A DNA stretch of 64,000 nucleotides from the NCBI RefSeq assembly GCF_036321535.1, contig NC_087436.1:23624001-23688000 (forward strand), written 5' to 3'. This document shows, in pieces, positions 11,679 through 23,733 of this stretch. Position 1 is the first letter of the stretch; every line of letters starts with the position of its first letter. The position numbers and the translations under genes were made by a program. The notes below the pieces were generated by a model. It did not search any database and was not told the DNA's origin. It worked only from the letters and a program-made list of their open reading frames with translations. Origin of the DNA: Camelus dromedarius (Eukaryota).

Positions 11679-14600
11679 TGTTGCCTCTTTAAAACTTGTA
11701 CATTCTCCTCTACTTGGGAGTGCTGTGGTCAGTTGGTTTGCCTTGTGTCTAAGTAAGTATACATGTATAATATAATTTGGATTCTTGTGAAGGACATGAG
11801 ATGAAGTAAAGCCATGTAATTACTAATAAATTGTGGTGAATTCTTTATTGTTTCTAAATATACACATTTTAATAGCTTTTATTTTGTCAAAAAAGTTCTC
11901 TATTGAATATTTATCAGTTTATATATATTAATATTAATTTGTTCTGATATGTGTTGGAGTGTCTTTTAATAGAATCTGCACGAATTGAACGTCAAAACTT
12001 CAGGATATTGAAAAATTAAGTTAAAGTTGAGCTTAATTAAAAAACCAAAGTCTTTGCCCAGTTTTTTAAATTAAAGAACATTAGAGGAAAATTAATTTCT
12101 ATGAGTCATTTCTTTTAGAAGAATTTGCCTCTCCTGCATTATAGACTCTTGACTGTTTGCATTGGATGTAGGGCGTTTGTAGACTGGATATCAGCCTGGT
12201 AAGACTTGGCTGTTGTGGGATTTCAGATGCTGGACAAAAGTTACTCTGTTCATGATGCTAATCATGGAATTCAGGGTGCTCAGGGCTCTGCTGCCTGCAC
12301 CACGGGCTTCTCTGTAGTAAGGACAATGTGTGATCCTTGTGCTCTCAGAGTTTACTAGCTAAAGGTGTGTGAAGAAGGGTCAGCTCAAGACTAATTTGAG
12401 TTGAAATAGGCCTGGTCAGCCCTGAAAATCTAAATACTAAATCCACCTTCCCTGGTGGTTCTGCTTTTTTAAAGAAGTGCCTGAGCTTGTATTTTGTGAT
12501 AACTTTTGGCTGCTGTTCTTTCACCTAGATTTTGTTGTGGTTCTCAGGGATATCTTGTGCAGGGTCCCAAAGGCTCTTGAAAGAGCACTTCCTAATGGTT
12601 ATTATTTCTCCCCAAATTAAGAGAGACTTGGAAATGTCTGAGTATTTTTCCCTTCTAGAGGCTTTCCCAACAGACCTACTCCGTGCAGCTGAAGGAGGCT
12701 GCGCCATTGCATCAGGGACAGAGCACTGCACTAGGCACCTGCTGGGAGCTGCAAAAATAAATCAGTATGGGCTTGGTCTTGGATACATTTAGGAGCTAAT
12801 CAGGAAGGTAGGATCTTGGGTATTGTTTCAGCGTAGGTATCATTTTTTAGTGCTCTGTTCATAGATTCAAGGTACTGATATGTACATGGCGGTGTGCACA
12901 GTGGTAGATGAAGACCAGGTGTGCAGGAAGCGTGGAGGCTTTGGAGAGAAAAGGCAGAAAGTGTGATGGTGAAAAACCGGAGAACAGGGGAAGGTAAGGC
13001 CTCTGGGAAGGAAAAGCATTTTGACTGCTCAAGTTGGAAGTTTGAGAAGAGAGAAAATGAGTAAGTGATTATCGGTAAATGTTTAGAAATGTTCAAGGGG
13101 AATCTAATTGGGTTTTTCCTTAAAACTGGAGTCAAACTTAGGGATTTGCACTTCAAACATTGTTCACTTTGGAATTATTAGTGAAATGTGATACATGAGT
13201 GTCTTGAGATTGAATAGAAAAGACCTCACCTTGCTCTACCCCAAAAACCTTACAAAGATTTTCCCCCATCCTTTTCCCCCTTTTTTATTTATAAGTGCGT
13301 TCTCCTCTCCCCATCTCATTTCATTATTCAGGGAGTCTATGCAGTGTCTGGCTGCATAAAAAGAAATCAACCATCCTTTAAAAATGTTGCTCCACAAAAT
13401 CAAATTTAGGTTTTTTTTTCACTCTTTATATGCCTTATGTCACTCAGATCTAAGTAGTAGGAAGTCATAATGGATCCTATACATGATTTTTCTGATGGAG
13501 TGGACAGTGCTTTGCCTTTTTTCCTATGGCCAGATAAGTGACCCCTCTGAATTGATCAGACTTAGGAACCAGAAAACAGAACACTGAATGAAAGTTACAC
13601 TTGAGAGAGAGAAAATATGAAAGTATGTTCAAGAATGAGCGAGCGAGAGAAGTTATTTCAGGAAAGGTTAGACCTTATCAGTAGAATCAAAACTCTAAGC
13701 ACTTGAAGTACTTGTAGATATTCACTTAGTATTTAGTTAAATGTCGCTGTGCTTTATTTTAAGAAATGATGATACTTTCAGTTTCACAAAATGATTTTAC
13801 TAAGTGGATTCGAGGTTGATTATTCCTGTCACCAAAGTGTTTTTCTTTAAATAAATTGTTTGCCTCAGTGCCTTTTAAGTACAGATACCATGATATTTTC
13901 TAAATTTTGTTTTGGTTTATAAAACTTGAGTAGATGCCACTTTGAGGGAACAAAGGCAATTCATGAAATAAGTCTACCTGTAAAACTCTTTGCTTTGACA
14001 TATTGAGTCTCCATCAATACAAGTACATCAGTGGCTAATGAAGTAGAGGCTTTCCCTTCACCTCCAGAGTCTACTTAGCCTGTCACCTCTTTTTCCCTTT
14101 CAAAATGGGGGACTTGTCATGATTGCCAGAGGAAGAATTTTTCTGACTGATTTCAGAAGAACGTTGGAACTTACTTACTACTAGAACCAAGGGAAAAAAC
14201 ACGATAGGTTGTAAAGTGGCCAAGATAGGTTTCTAAGGCGTCAAAGGTTGGATTATTTATGTGAACGTAAGGAATCTTTAACATTTTAAATTGTACCTGG
14301 GCCCAGGGTAAGTCCCAGTGAGACACTAATATTTGAGCCTCTTTGGCCCAACTAGAGACAGACCACTTTCTTGCCTTCAGAGACCACTGTGCAAAATAAA
14401 ACAAACAAAAGCTGTAAGAAGCCAAGAAATTGAGTCTGAGCTCATTACAGTTTATGTGCCCAAGTGAAAATGACTTTGCCTTTTGATGTTTCTCTCTGTA
14501 GCCTACCCAGTGGCAGAATTTTCTGTAAAATAGCTCTTCTGTAAACTTAGAAAAATGCAGACTATTTTAAAAGCTTACCGTTAAGTCTGTCCCTTAGTCT

Positions 14601-16440
14601 GGATTCAGAGTTTTTAGCCCCAAAGATTTGCTTTGATACTAAAACTACATTTTCCCTAAAACCACCCTGTGTTTTTTTTTTTTTTATGAATAATATTTAA
14701 AGATCACAGTGTAACCCATTCCTAAGGATGCTGTTGAGTTGTAAACCAGATGTTACTGTGATTCTTTAGCTCTGGGAACAAGAGGTGAAGGACACCTTTT
14801 CCCTAGATGTCAGTGAGTAATTTCAAAACAAAAAGTGAGAGTAAAACGAACAGTTAATAACATAATCCATATGTTTCTCCGTGTAGGGAAAAAAAAAAGA
14901 TTAAGGAGAAACTATTAGATCTTAGCTGGGACCAGTCTTTATATTGGAAAAGATTAATTCGAGTGGACTAACTATATCTAAAATTAGAACTGTGGGAAAA
15001 GGATTATATGCAACAAAATGCAAAAGATTAATGCGGAAGCATGAGGCCTGAGGATTAGATATCCTTAAAATATTAATCTATGTTAGACATATTCACCAGT
15101 TCCCTGTTATCAATAAGGAAATAGAGAAACAAGAATGATATCGCTTTAGCCAAAGGTTTTGTTAATTAGTCTTTGGTTAATAACTAGTTTTGTAAGACAT
15201 CATCTAGTGTGGAAGTGCAGCTTTTTGTATAAGGTATCGGTAGTAACCTGTAATTTTCTACTGCTCCTTACTCATTAGGAGAGGCACTTAGATTCACATG
15301 GTAGGCGTCAAACTTTGGTTAGCTTTTAACCTTAGAAGACAAACGTAATTGTGATTGGTAGTCTTTTTTTCAAGTCCACAATAATTATTAATTTGCCTCT
15401 CTGGAATAGCTAATAGTAGTTGACTAAATGGTGAGATTTAGAGACGTTTGACCACAGAAGAGTGCCCTTCTTGAAATGCATAAATACTGTGTAGCCCAAA
15501 GTCTCCTGAGAGGGAACTCTAGAAGAAGTCTGTAATGGCTGTACCTTAAGTGAGCCACCAGTTCATACCCATAAATGGATTGTGAGGTGTGAGGAAAGAA
15601 AGGTGAGAAAGTGTATCCAGGAAGGTATCAAATTATTTGAATTAAATTGATTTCTGTAAGACTTTAATGGCTGAATCTAGGTTCCTTTCATGTCACCTGA
15701 AATGAGTAGACAAATGGTCACATTTCCATCACAAGCGTATCTATTAAAAATTGTTTATTACAGTAACATCTTTCTAAATGATCTCTAGATTGGGTTAGTT
15801 CATGGAAAACTGAGTTACTTTTTCTATCACATGAGATTGGAGCAGAGGACAAGACCTTGAGGTTGACCTTCTCAGAGTAAATTTTGAAAGCACCACCCCT
15901 AACTTTTGCCTTGAATTCTATGGGAAATGCTGTCATTCAGGCTTTGATTTCAGAATGTCTATTGAAGCTGCCTTTAACTGAAGCTGCTACTAACTACCGG
16001 TCCTCTAGCTACAAGCCTACAAACATTTCCAAATCCCTTGTCAAAAAATAATTTGGTTGGTTTGGATGACAGCATTTAGAACGTAAGACCCTGTGTCCTT
16101 CCCCTGTGCCATCAGAGGCCAGAGGAGGGTGAGAACCAGGTCAACCTGGATCACTTGATCAGAAGTGGCTCTCAGGTATGATATTTTTGCAACTGGAGAG
16201 AGTGTTCTACCCTCTTCGCCTGCTATAGCTTGTTCAGTTCCAGTGGGCTGGGATATAAATATTGACCAGAGGAAGGACTCACGGCTGTCCAACATGTTTG
16301 CGATGTTATAGACTTCTATCTTGTTAGGAACTCATTTTTTTTCATACTGGTATAGAAGTCCTTGTAGAGATTGTCAAGGTTAAGGTTATGGTTCTACTAC
16401 CAGATCCTTAACATAGTATGTATATATATAATTGTTTTTA

Positions 16441-16660
16441 GCTAATACGTATATGGTGCTTACTATATATCAGGCCCTGTACTAAGCATTTTATGCTTAT
16501 TAGCTCATTTAATCTTAAAGCAACCAGTGAAGTAGGGGTACAGATGAAGAACTGAGATGCAAAAGAGGCTAAGTGACGTGGCCAGGGTCATACAACTAGT
16601 AACTGGTTCAAGCTGTGGTTTGAACTCAGTCAGTCAGCTTCCATAGTCTGTGCTCATGAC
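16441..16660 (-). mobile_element. MIR SINE
   Basis: gtgcttactatatatcaggccctgtactaagc…ctcatttaatct…acagatgaagaactgagatgc…ggccagggtcatacaactagtaactgg…tttgaactcag. Confidence 0.85.
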
Positions 16661-17099
16661 TATTATTTTTTTGAAAGACTGAGCACAGGTTTTTCTCTTT
16701 TTCCACAGGAAAAACCCTTATTTATTTTGCCTTATGAGTTGTAGATGATATCGGAGAGAAAATCTTTTGTGGCAAACGTCTGGCTATAGATGCTGAAGAC
16801 ACCCCTGCTGTGGATGTCATGTTTCTCATTCTAGATCATTTAAAAATGAATATAGTGTGTTCTTTTAGGGTTGAACTTCTTTGTATATTTGCATATATTA
16901 CTGGGTATGATGATCTGAGAGAAGCCTTAAAAAACATTTACACACAAAATGCTCAGAGAGTTCCTAGAAAAAATTACCCTTTTAATCTGAACTGTTGACC
17001 TCATATTGTCTGATATACTCAGAGAATGTATTTTCCTCCTTGAATAATCCCAGGCTTTTATAACTTCATTAAGGATATAGCTATTTTTTAGAAACTTTT

Positions 17100-17276
17100 T
17101 TTTCCCCCTAGGAAGGAACTCACTTTTTTTTTTCTTTTTCTTTTTTTTTTTCACTTTTTCTTGGGGAGGTGGTAATTAGGCTTATTTATATATTTTTAGA
17201 GGAGGTACTGGGGATTGAACCTAGGACCTTGTGCATGCTAAGCATGTGCTCTACCACTTGAGCTGTATCTTCCCCC
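17100..17276 (-). mobile_element. tRNA-Ala-derived SINE (camelid Vic-1-like) with 11-bp TSD
   Basis: The minus strand reads GGGGGAAGATACAGCTCAAGTGGTAGAGCACATGCTTAGCATGCACAAGGTCCTAGGTTCAATCCCCAGTACCTCC (A box, B box, AGC anticodon context), then an AT-rich body and an A-rich tail. TAGAAACTTTT lies at 17089-17099 and 17277-17287, followed by AAA (TTTT/AA L1 endonuclease site). Confidence 0.85.
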
Positions 17277-20039
17277 TAGAAACTTTTAAATGTATATTTA
17301 GTGAACTTGGGAAGGTAGTGTCAGATTAGAACAGTTTCTCTATTGTCTTATTATTTTAATATGTTTATTATATTATAATTATTAATATATTCTATTATTT
17401 TAATGTGTTTCATGATTTAAAAAAATTTGTATTTTACAAAGGATTTCTGATTTGCAGCACTTGCTTTGTCACTGATGGATCATTTGAATATTTTCTGAAG
17501 GAAATAAATATTACATAAATCACACTTTTTAACTTTTATTTTTAGGATATGCTTGAAAACATAAAATTACATTCAAGTTTATTTTTGGAGATTTGAGTTT
17601 TATGTGGTCAGCAGCCCTAAATAAAAGTATAAATGTAGACATTCCCTTTATTGGAAACACTTTTTAAAAATCTTACTTGAGAAGCAAATAATGAGTGAAT
17701 AAGAAAATATGAGGGAAGTATTTGGATCAATATAATTAAGAACCCCAAACATTTACTTTGGGATTATAGTAAAAAAGATATAAGATAATGGCCTCCTCTG
17801 TAATGAGGATTTTACTTATACTAAGACCCTAAACATCACCACAGATCACACTAGAGATAAAAGAGAAGACAAATAAACCTGCATTTTGAGGAAAAAAAAC
17901 AAGTAGAACTTTTTCATGCTGCTGAGGAAGGGGAAAGACGATCAGTCTGGCAGTAGGTAGGTCTATTGTGCGAGTGGAGATTCCACCAGGAGGTGAGGTG
18001 CCTGGGGTATTAGCGAGAGCACTCAGAGCTGGTACTGCAGACAGACGTGGTCTCAGGAGCTTGTTCTGTATCTGGGTGAAGTGCCTTGTGCTTTTTAAAA
18101 GTCTCCTCTGTCTGGGGAGATGTAAATCTGAAGTGCTAATCCTTTGTCATCAATAACAATCCCATGACACTGCTTTACAAGATAAGTGCTACTGATTCAA
18201 TTTGGTTGGCTGTGTTTAGCTTCCTGAAAACCTGCTGCAGTTTCAGTTGAGTAAAGCATGATTCACTTCCTGCCCTGACGGGTAGTAACCAGCTCTCATG
18301 ATTTGGTCTGGAAGTGGCCAAAGCTGTGGAGGATGGAGGGAATGGCAACTTGGAACCAGGGGCTGGCGTCTGAGGTTAGAGCGGCAGTTTCTAACCTGAC
18401 TTTCTAAAGGAATCAAATCCTTCAAGGCATCCAAAAGGCAGCTGGCTCCATGTGACTTGTGTTTTCTTTTGAGTTTCTTTGTCAGCCTCCCCTGTCCTTG
18501 TACTCAAGTAGAATAGACTCCCTGTTGCTTTCTGAGCATGCCAGCACCATGTTCCGGGTGTCAGTGTCTTCTCCAGGAGACACATGAGTAACACTTAAGG
18601 GCCAGCGATGCGTAAGGAGCTCCCTGAATCTTTAAAGTACAAAAGGGCCGATTCTCTGGGGACCCTGGATATAGGATGCAGTTGTTTGGAATACATGAAA
18701 AAAAGTATGACTTGATCAATTAGAACCCAGATGTTCAGAATTTGTGGTCGTTGTTATATGGCGTTTTACCATATACGTGAGAGTGTCAGTGAACAAAGTA
18801 ACTGAGAAAGTAAAACAGAGATAGGGGAGGATATTTAACCCATTAAATAAAATAAACTGCTTTTATGTTTAATCATCTTCTTTTTTAAATAGAGGAAACA
18901 ATATAATAATTACAAATAAAATCACCAAAATGAGAATCTTAAAGGACATGTATTTAGTATATATGTGTAGTGTGTGCAGTTGTGTCTGTTGTGAATTCCT
19001 AACTCTTTATTAGTCTGTATCACCTTACCTTCAGTTAGCGTGCATTAATAAATGTTTTCTATGTTTAAGTTGACATCTACATTTGTAGTGACTCTGTATA
19101 CTTGGTGGGAAGCCTTCTAGATTAAAACCTTAATTTTAAAAGGATGATTTTTGCATTATCAAAAAGAATCTTAATTTCTCAAAGTCTCCACCTTAGTATT
19201 CCTCTAATGGTAGGTTGTTCATATATAAATGTTTGGTTATTTGTATTCAGTTTTTCATTTCAGTGGCATAAATTGAATGTACTTACTTTGTGCTCTTTAT
19301 GCATATTTCCAATTCCAAATCAAAGAATAGATACTGTGTGTCCAGGGTCATCAAGAAATGAATTTAGGAAACTGTTCTTAAATCTCCCACTTGCTTCTGA
19401 ATATCCCTGTAGTCCTAGGTTCTGCCTGAGGAGACTGGTTACTTCCCATGTTTTTACTGGTGTTGGTCTTTTGTGCTCACTGACTTGTGTTACTGTGGTT
19501 GTAAACATTTTTGTGTTAATGTACATGCCCAAGTAAAAATGACAAGAGATAGTTTATAGATTTGCAAACTTTACTTGCGAGTTGTTCATCGAGGGCATTT
19601 CTTTTCTAGCCATAGTTTTATTTTAAAAGTGAAAATTTAGAGTGAAGGCACAATGTTAATTAAGAGTGAACACCTGAGTTCCAGGAAGAGGAAAAACTTG
19701 TACTTTAAGACTTAATAATAAAATGTATTTTTATGGGCTATGAATAACTCAGAAGTAGTGCTAAGTCATGTGGAAATCTTTGTGGAATAAAAGCTTTGGG
19801 TAGAAAGGTAATGAACTGAAAACAAATTATTTTACATATCTATATAGGACAAATGTTTAACAAAATTTCAGCAGCATAATTAGTGCATTGCAATGAAGTA
19901 AGGCTTCATGAGTCTTGTCCTATGGAATGTATGGCTCTATAGGATATAATTTGGAGGCTTTTTATTTTAATAGGACAGTTTGTTTATGAGTTGTGCGAAG
20001 TAACAGTTATGTTTTCCCTGTTCAAAATCTAGTGCAAAA

Positions 20040-20725
20040 AAATTGAGATAATTGGAAATTTTAACACTAACTGGATATTTGATGATACGTAGGAATTATT
20101 ATTAAGTACTTTTTAGATGTGATACTGGTATGATGGTTTGGTTTTTGGAAAAAAGAGACAATGACATGTAAAGGTACATTCTGAAATATTTACAGATATG
20201 ATATGACGATTTGGATTTGCTTTAATATATATAGAAGGGAAAATGGATATCGTAGTCTGACTGGCCTGCTATAACAAAGTGCCAAAGACTAGGTGGCTTA
20301 AAAACAGCAGAAATGTATTACTGTTCAAAGTTTTGGACTCTGGAGGTCTGAAACCAGGGTGCCCCCATTGTCTGGTGAGGGGCGTCTCCTGGGCTGCAGA
20401 CTTCTTGTTGCATCCTCATGTGGCAGAAAGGGTTGGGGATCTCTCTGGAGCCTCTTTGATAAGGGCACTAATCACATTCATGAGGGCTCCACCCACCTGA
20501 TTTAAGCATCTCCCAAAGGCCCCACCTACTAATACCATCACTTCAGGGGTTTAGAACTTCCAAATATGTATTTTAGGGTGGACACGAACATTCAGACCAT
20601 AGCATTGGGTATGAGGTATAGATGAAACAGGATAGGCCAAGGGTTGAAGCTGGGCAGTGGGGATTCATTACATTATTCTGACTGCTTTTGTGTGTTTGAA
20701 ATTTTGGATCATAAAAAGTTTAAAA
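20040..20725 (+). mobile_element. Old L1 (L1ME/L1MC-like) 3' end, split by an MLT1A LTR
   Basis: ctggatatttgatgata…ctgaaatatttacagatatgatatgacgatttggatttgcttt before the LTR, and gtatagatgaaacaggataggcc…gttgaagctggg…ttcattacattattct…ataaaaagtt after it. Confidence 0.7.
20248..20604 (-). mobile_element. MaLR solo LTR, MLT1A-like
   Basis: Ends in …acattcagaccatagca (reverse of TGCTATGGTCTGAATGT). Internal gctataacaaa…gtggcttaaaaacagcagaaatgtatt…ataagggcactaatc…ctcccaaaggccccacct. Confidence 0.85.
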
Positions 20726-20999
20726 AAGGGGAAAAGACACATACAGACACAAAACTTATAGTGTAGAAACACACTGGTATTTTGTCAAAGGTAGCTAAGA
20801 AGAGTTTCAAGGGAAGGAGTTACCTAAAAACAGCAGTTTGATTTCATTGCAATTATATACAGCTATATACAGCTACATGATTATAAAACCCAATAATATT
20901 GTAGTTTTATTTTAATTAAAATAAGCCTCTATTTAAGTGAGGGGAAAAAGAACACTTGCAGTTTTGGCAACAGTCTTTAAGTCAGTAAACTTTTTTTTT

Positions 21000-21445
21000 T
21001 AAAAGCTCCACTGTACCAGGTACACTAGAGATTGCTGGAAATGCAAAAGAGAACATGGGTATGGGTTTTGTATTAATGTAGCTGGTAAAATTTTTACATG
21101 TCATTCCCCAGTATATTGTGATAAGGGCTCTAATAGACTTATTAAAAAAAAAAAACTATTAGAGGAACACAAAGGCTGGAATGATTTAATTCTACTTTTG
21201 TAGGCCAAGGGGAGCAGGTTAAGAGCATACCAGGAAAGAGTGTGCAGGGAGCTGGGCTCTGATCTGGGCCTTGAGGGATGAGTAGGGTTTTTCTAGGCAG
21301 AGAGGATGGAAATGCCTTTACACGCATAGAAAGCAGCACAATCAATAGAATGGAGCTGTGAGAATGAATTCAGCCAATGGTCACAGGCTCAGGGAATGAA
21401 GCACCAGGTGACACAGCGTGGGTACAGTGGAGGATGAGGCTGATA
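21000..21445 (-). mobile_element. L2 LINE fragment
   Basis: tgtgataagggctctaatag…gatctgggccttgagggatgagtagggttttt…agaaagcagcacaa is an antisense L2 3' region. Confidence 0.6.
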
Positions 21446-21481
21446 CAAGAACGTGAAAGTCATATCTAAAATGTGAATTCT

Positions 21482-21811
21482 TTATTTACAAAACAGAAAC
21501 AGACTCACAGACATAGAAAACAAACTTACAGTTACTGGGGATGGGGAGGGGTGGAAAGGGATAAATTGGGAGTTTGAGATTTGCAGATACTAACTAATAT
21601 TCATAAAATAGATAAACAACAAGTTTATACTGTGTAGCACAGGGAACTATATTCAGTATCTTGTAGTAACTTATGGTGAAAAAGAATATGAAGACGAATA
21701 TATGTATGTTCCTATATGACTGAAGCATTGTGCTGTACACCAGAAATTGACACAGCATTGTAAACTGACTATACTTCAATAAAAATACATATTAAAAATA
21801 AATAAATAAAA
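21482..21811 (+). mobile_element. Young L1 3' UTR insertion with 15-bp TSD
   Basis: ttatttacaaaacagaaacagactcacagac…tgtacaccagaaattgacacagcattgtaaactgactatacttcaataaaaa plus an (AAAT)n tail. TAAAATGTGAATTCT at 21467-21481 and TAAAATGTGAGTTCT at 21812-21826. Confidence 0.92.
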
Positions 21812-22284
21812 TAAAATGTGAGTTCTCCCCACAGCCTGAAGAGCAGCATCACTTAGATCTGTTAGCCTGAATTTCCAGGTTCAGCTTCAAGCTGCACCTA
21901 TGACTCTGGATGGGATTCGTCACCTGAGTTTGATCGAGGGGGTCTAGGTGCCTCGCTGTGGTGTTACTTCACTTGGGTAGACAGATTGGCATGTGTGTAC
22001 AGATGAAGTTGGCTAACAAAACAGCCAGCAAGATTCTCCACTTCTCTGCCAAACAAGTTGATCGCATGCTTACGTGGGAGTTCTGGTCACTTTCCGACTT
22101 TGCGTTGAAAGATACTGGTGGGGTTTGAAACTCATCTGGTTAGATGTGTCATCGGTACTGTTTCCTGGAGTAGAACCTGGAGGCTCTGACTCTCTCAGAC
22201 CAGTGGAGACGGGCCTTGTTGAAGAATTATTGTCCTACTACTGGACCATAGGGTCTGCAGAGAGAAGTTGGAATTTCTTCTGCG

Positions 22285-22390
22285 CAGGGGTGGATTTTTA
22301 CCATGAAATAAATGAAGCTTAAGTCTCAGGTCCCCTCCCTTGCACAGCCCTTTACAAAGTTCTGGGAGGGGCCCTAGAAATTTTCATATA
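22285..22390 (+). mobile_element. Terminal fragment of a hAT-Tip100-type DNA transposon (MER115/Zaphod-like)
   Basis: caggggtggatttttaccatgaaataaatgaagcttaagtctcaggtcccctcccttgcacag…gggaggggccctag resembles a recalled hAT-Tip100 terminus. The exact family is uncertain. Confidence 0.45.
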
Positions 22391-23099
22391 GGCAGAAGAG
22401 TTAAATATTATAGGCAGCAGGCTCCCCAAACCTGAAACTGCTCTTGCTTCTGCGCATCTTACAGAAGGTTCTCTGCTTTATTTTTTCTTTCTGAAAAGAA
22501 CAGGTAACAGTATCTTCCCCCTCACAGATCAGTCAGAGATTACTAAGAAATTGTATGTAAAATGGAACCAGAAGCTATTTTCTGAGCGCATGAAATATGC
22601 TAAGTGATTTGGCACTGATACAAGAAGGGAAGGGTCTCTTCCCTGTAGGTTCCCTGGGTAGGCTCCCCTGGTCCGGCAAAGAATCTTTGCTGAGTTTGGA
22701 CCTGCCCAGGGCAGACTGGCTGCCATGCTGTGCCTTGTCTCCGCTGTCCTGCACTGTTGCTGTGGAACCCTAATCCCTGCATTCCCCCTTTTCTCCTCTC
22801 TGACATACAGCTGCCCCATGGCATTTACAGCCAGCTCTGTGTAGCCAGGTGCCAAGCCAGTTCTGGTGTCACTGGGAGTGACCACCTGAAAAAGGTGCAC
22901 TAGGCTGCTTTCTCTAGATTGACCAGAGATGTTTCTATTCTATATTGAACAGACTAACACTGATTTTTACATTGATCCTTTTAATGTATTTGCATCATAG
23001 CCTTGGAAACCATCAAGTCAACACATTACCTTTCAAAATATGGAGCATGACTTGGAGAAAAGGCTGCTTTCTGGGCTAGGGGAGACTGGGGTAGGACCT

Positions 23100-23733
23100 A
23101 GAACATCCTTTTGAGCCAGAAAGAACTGGGAATGGTCAAAGTATAAAAAAATTCGAGAGCCTTCTTGATGCACTCCCATTGGCCAAATTGGGAGAAGTTG
23201 AATGTCAAAAAAAAAAATGGTAATGGGTTATAACGAATTGAATACAATAAAAACCCGTAAGTCCATACTGATACAGAAATTGAATAAATAAATGAGTGGG
23301 GAGAGAGAGAGAAATTCACTTACTTAGAAGGCCAACTAATAAATACAAAAGGAAGAACAGAGTTGCAAAATCACAGATGTATAGTAAGACTGGTAGGTGA
23401 AAGTTTGGTGAGGAACAGGATATTTACATAGTCTCAGAGTAGTATCTCCCAACAAATTGCTCATTAATTACAAAGGCAAATATGGTCACTTCATTGTAGA
23501 GAAATCTAGGGGCTATCACTTGAACCAAATGATCCAAGTTAATATCTCCAATATAGATACAAACCGACATCATGTGCTTCTTGGTAGGATGCACCTAGGA
23601 CACACTGTGTTATTCTAAAAAAGAACTACCTGAAACTAATCATGAGGAAACATCAGACATACCCAAACTGACAGTCATTCTATAAAAGAATGGGTCTGTA
23701 ATCTTCAACAGTGTCAAAATCAAGAAGACAAAG
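23100..23733 (+). mobile_element. Old L1 (L1MC/L1ME-like) 3' UTR fragment
   Basis: agtccatactgata…ggtgaaagtttggtgaggaacaggatatttacatagtctc…attaattacaaagg…aaccaaatgatccaagttaatatc…ctaatcatgaggaaacatcagacatacccaaactga. Confidence 0.75.

Noticed and set aside
17200..17276. Possible tRNA-Ala gene
   Set aside because: Stems are degenerate, and it has a SINE body, A-tail and TSD, so it is a retroposed SINE.
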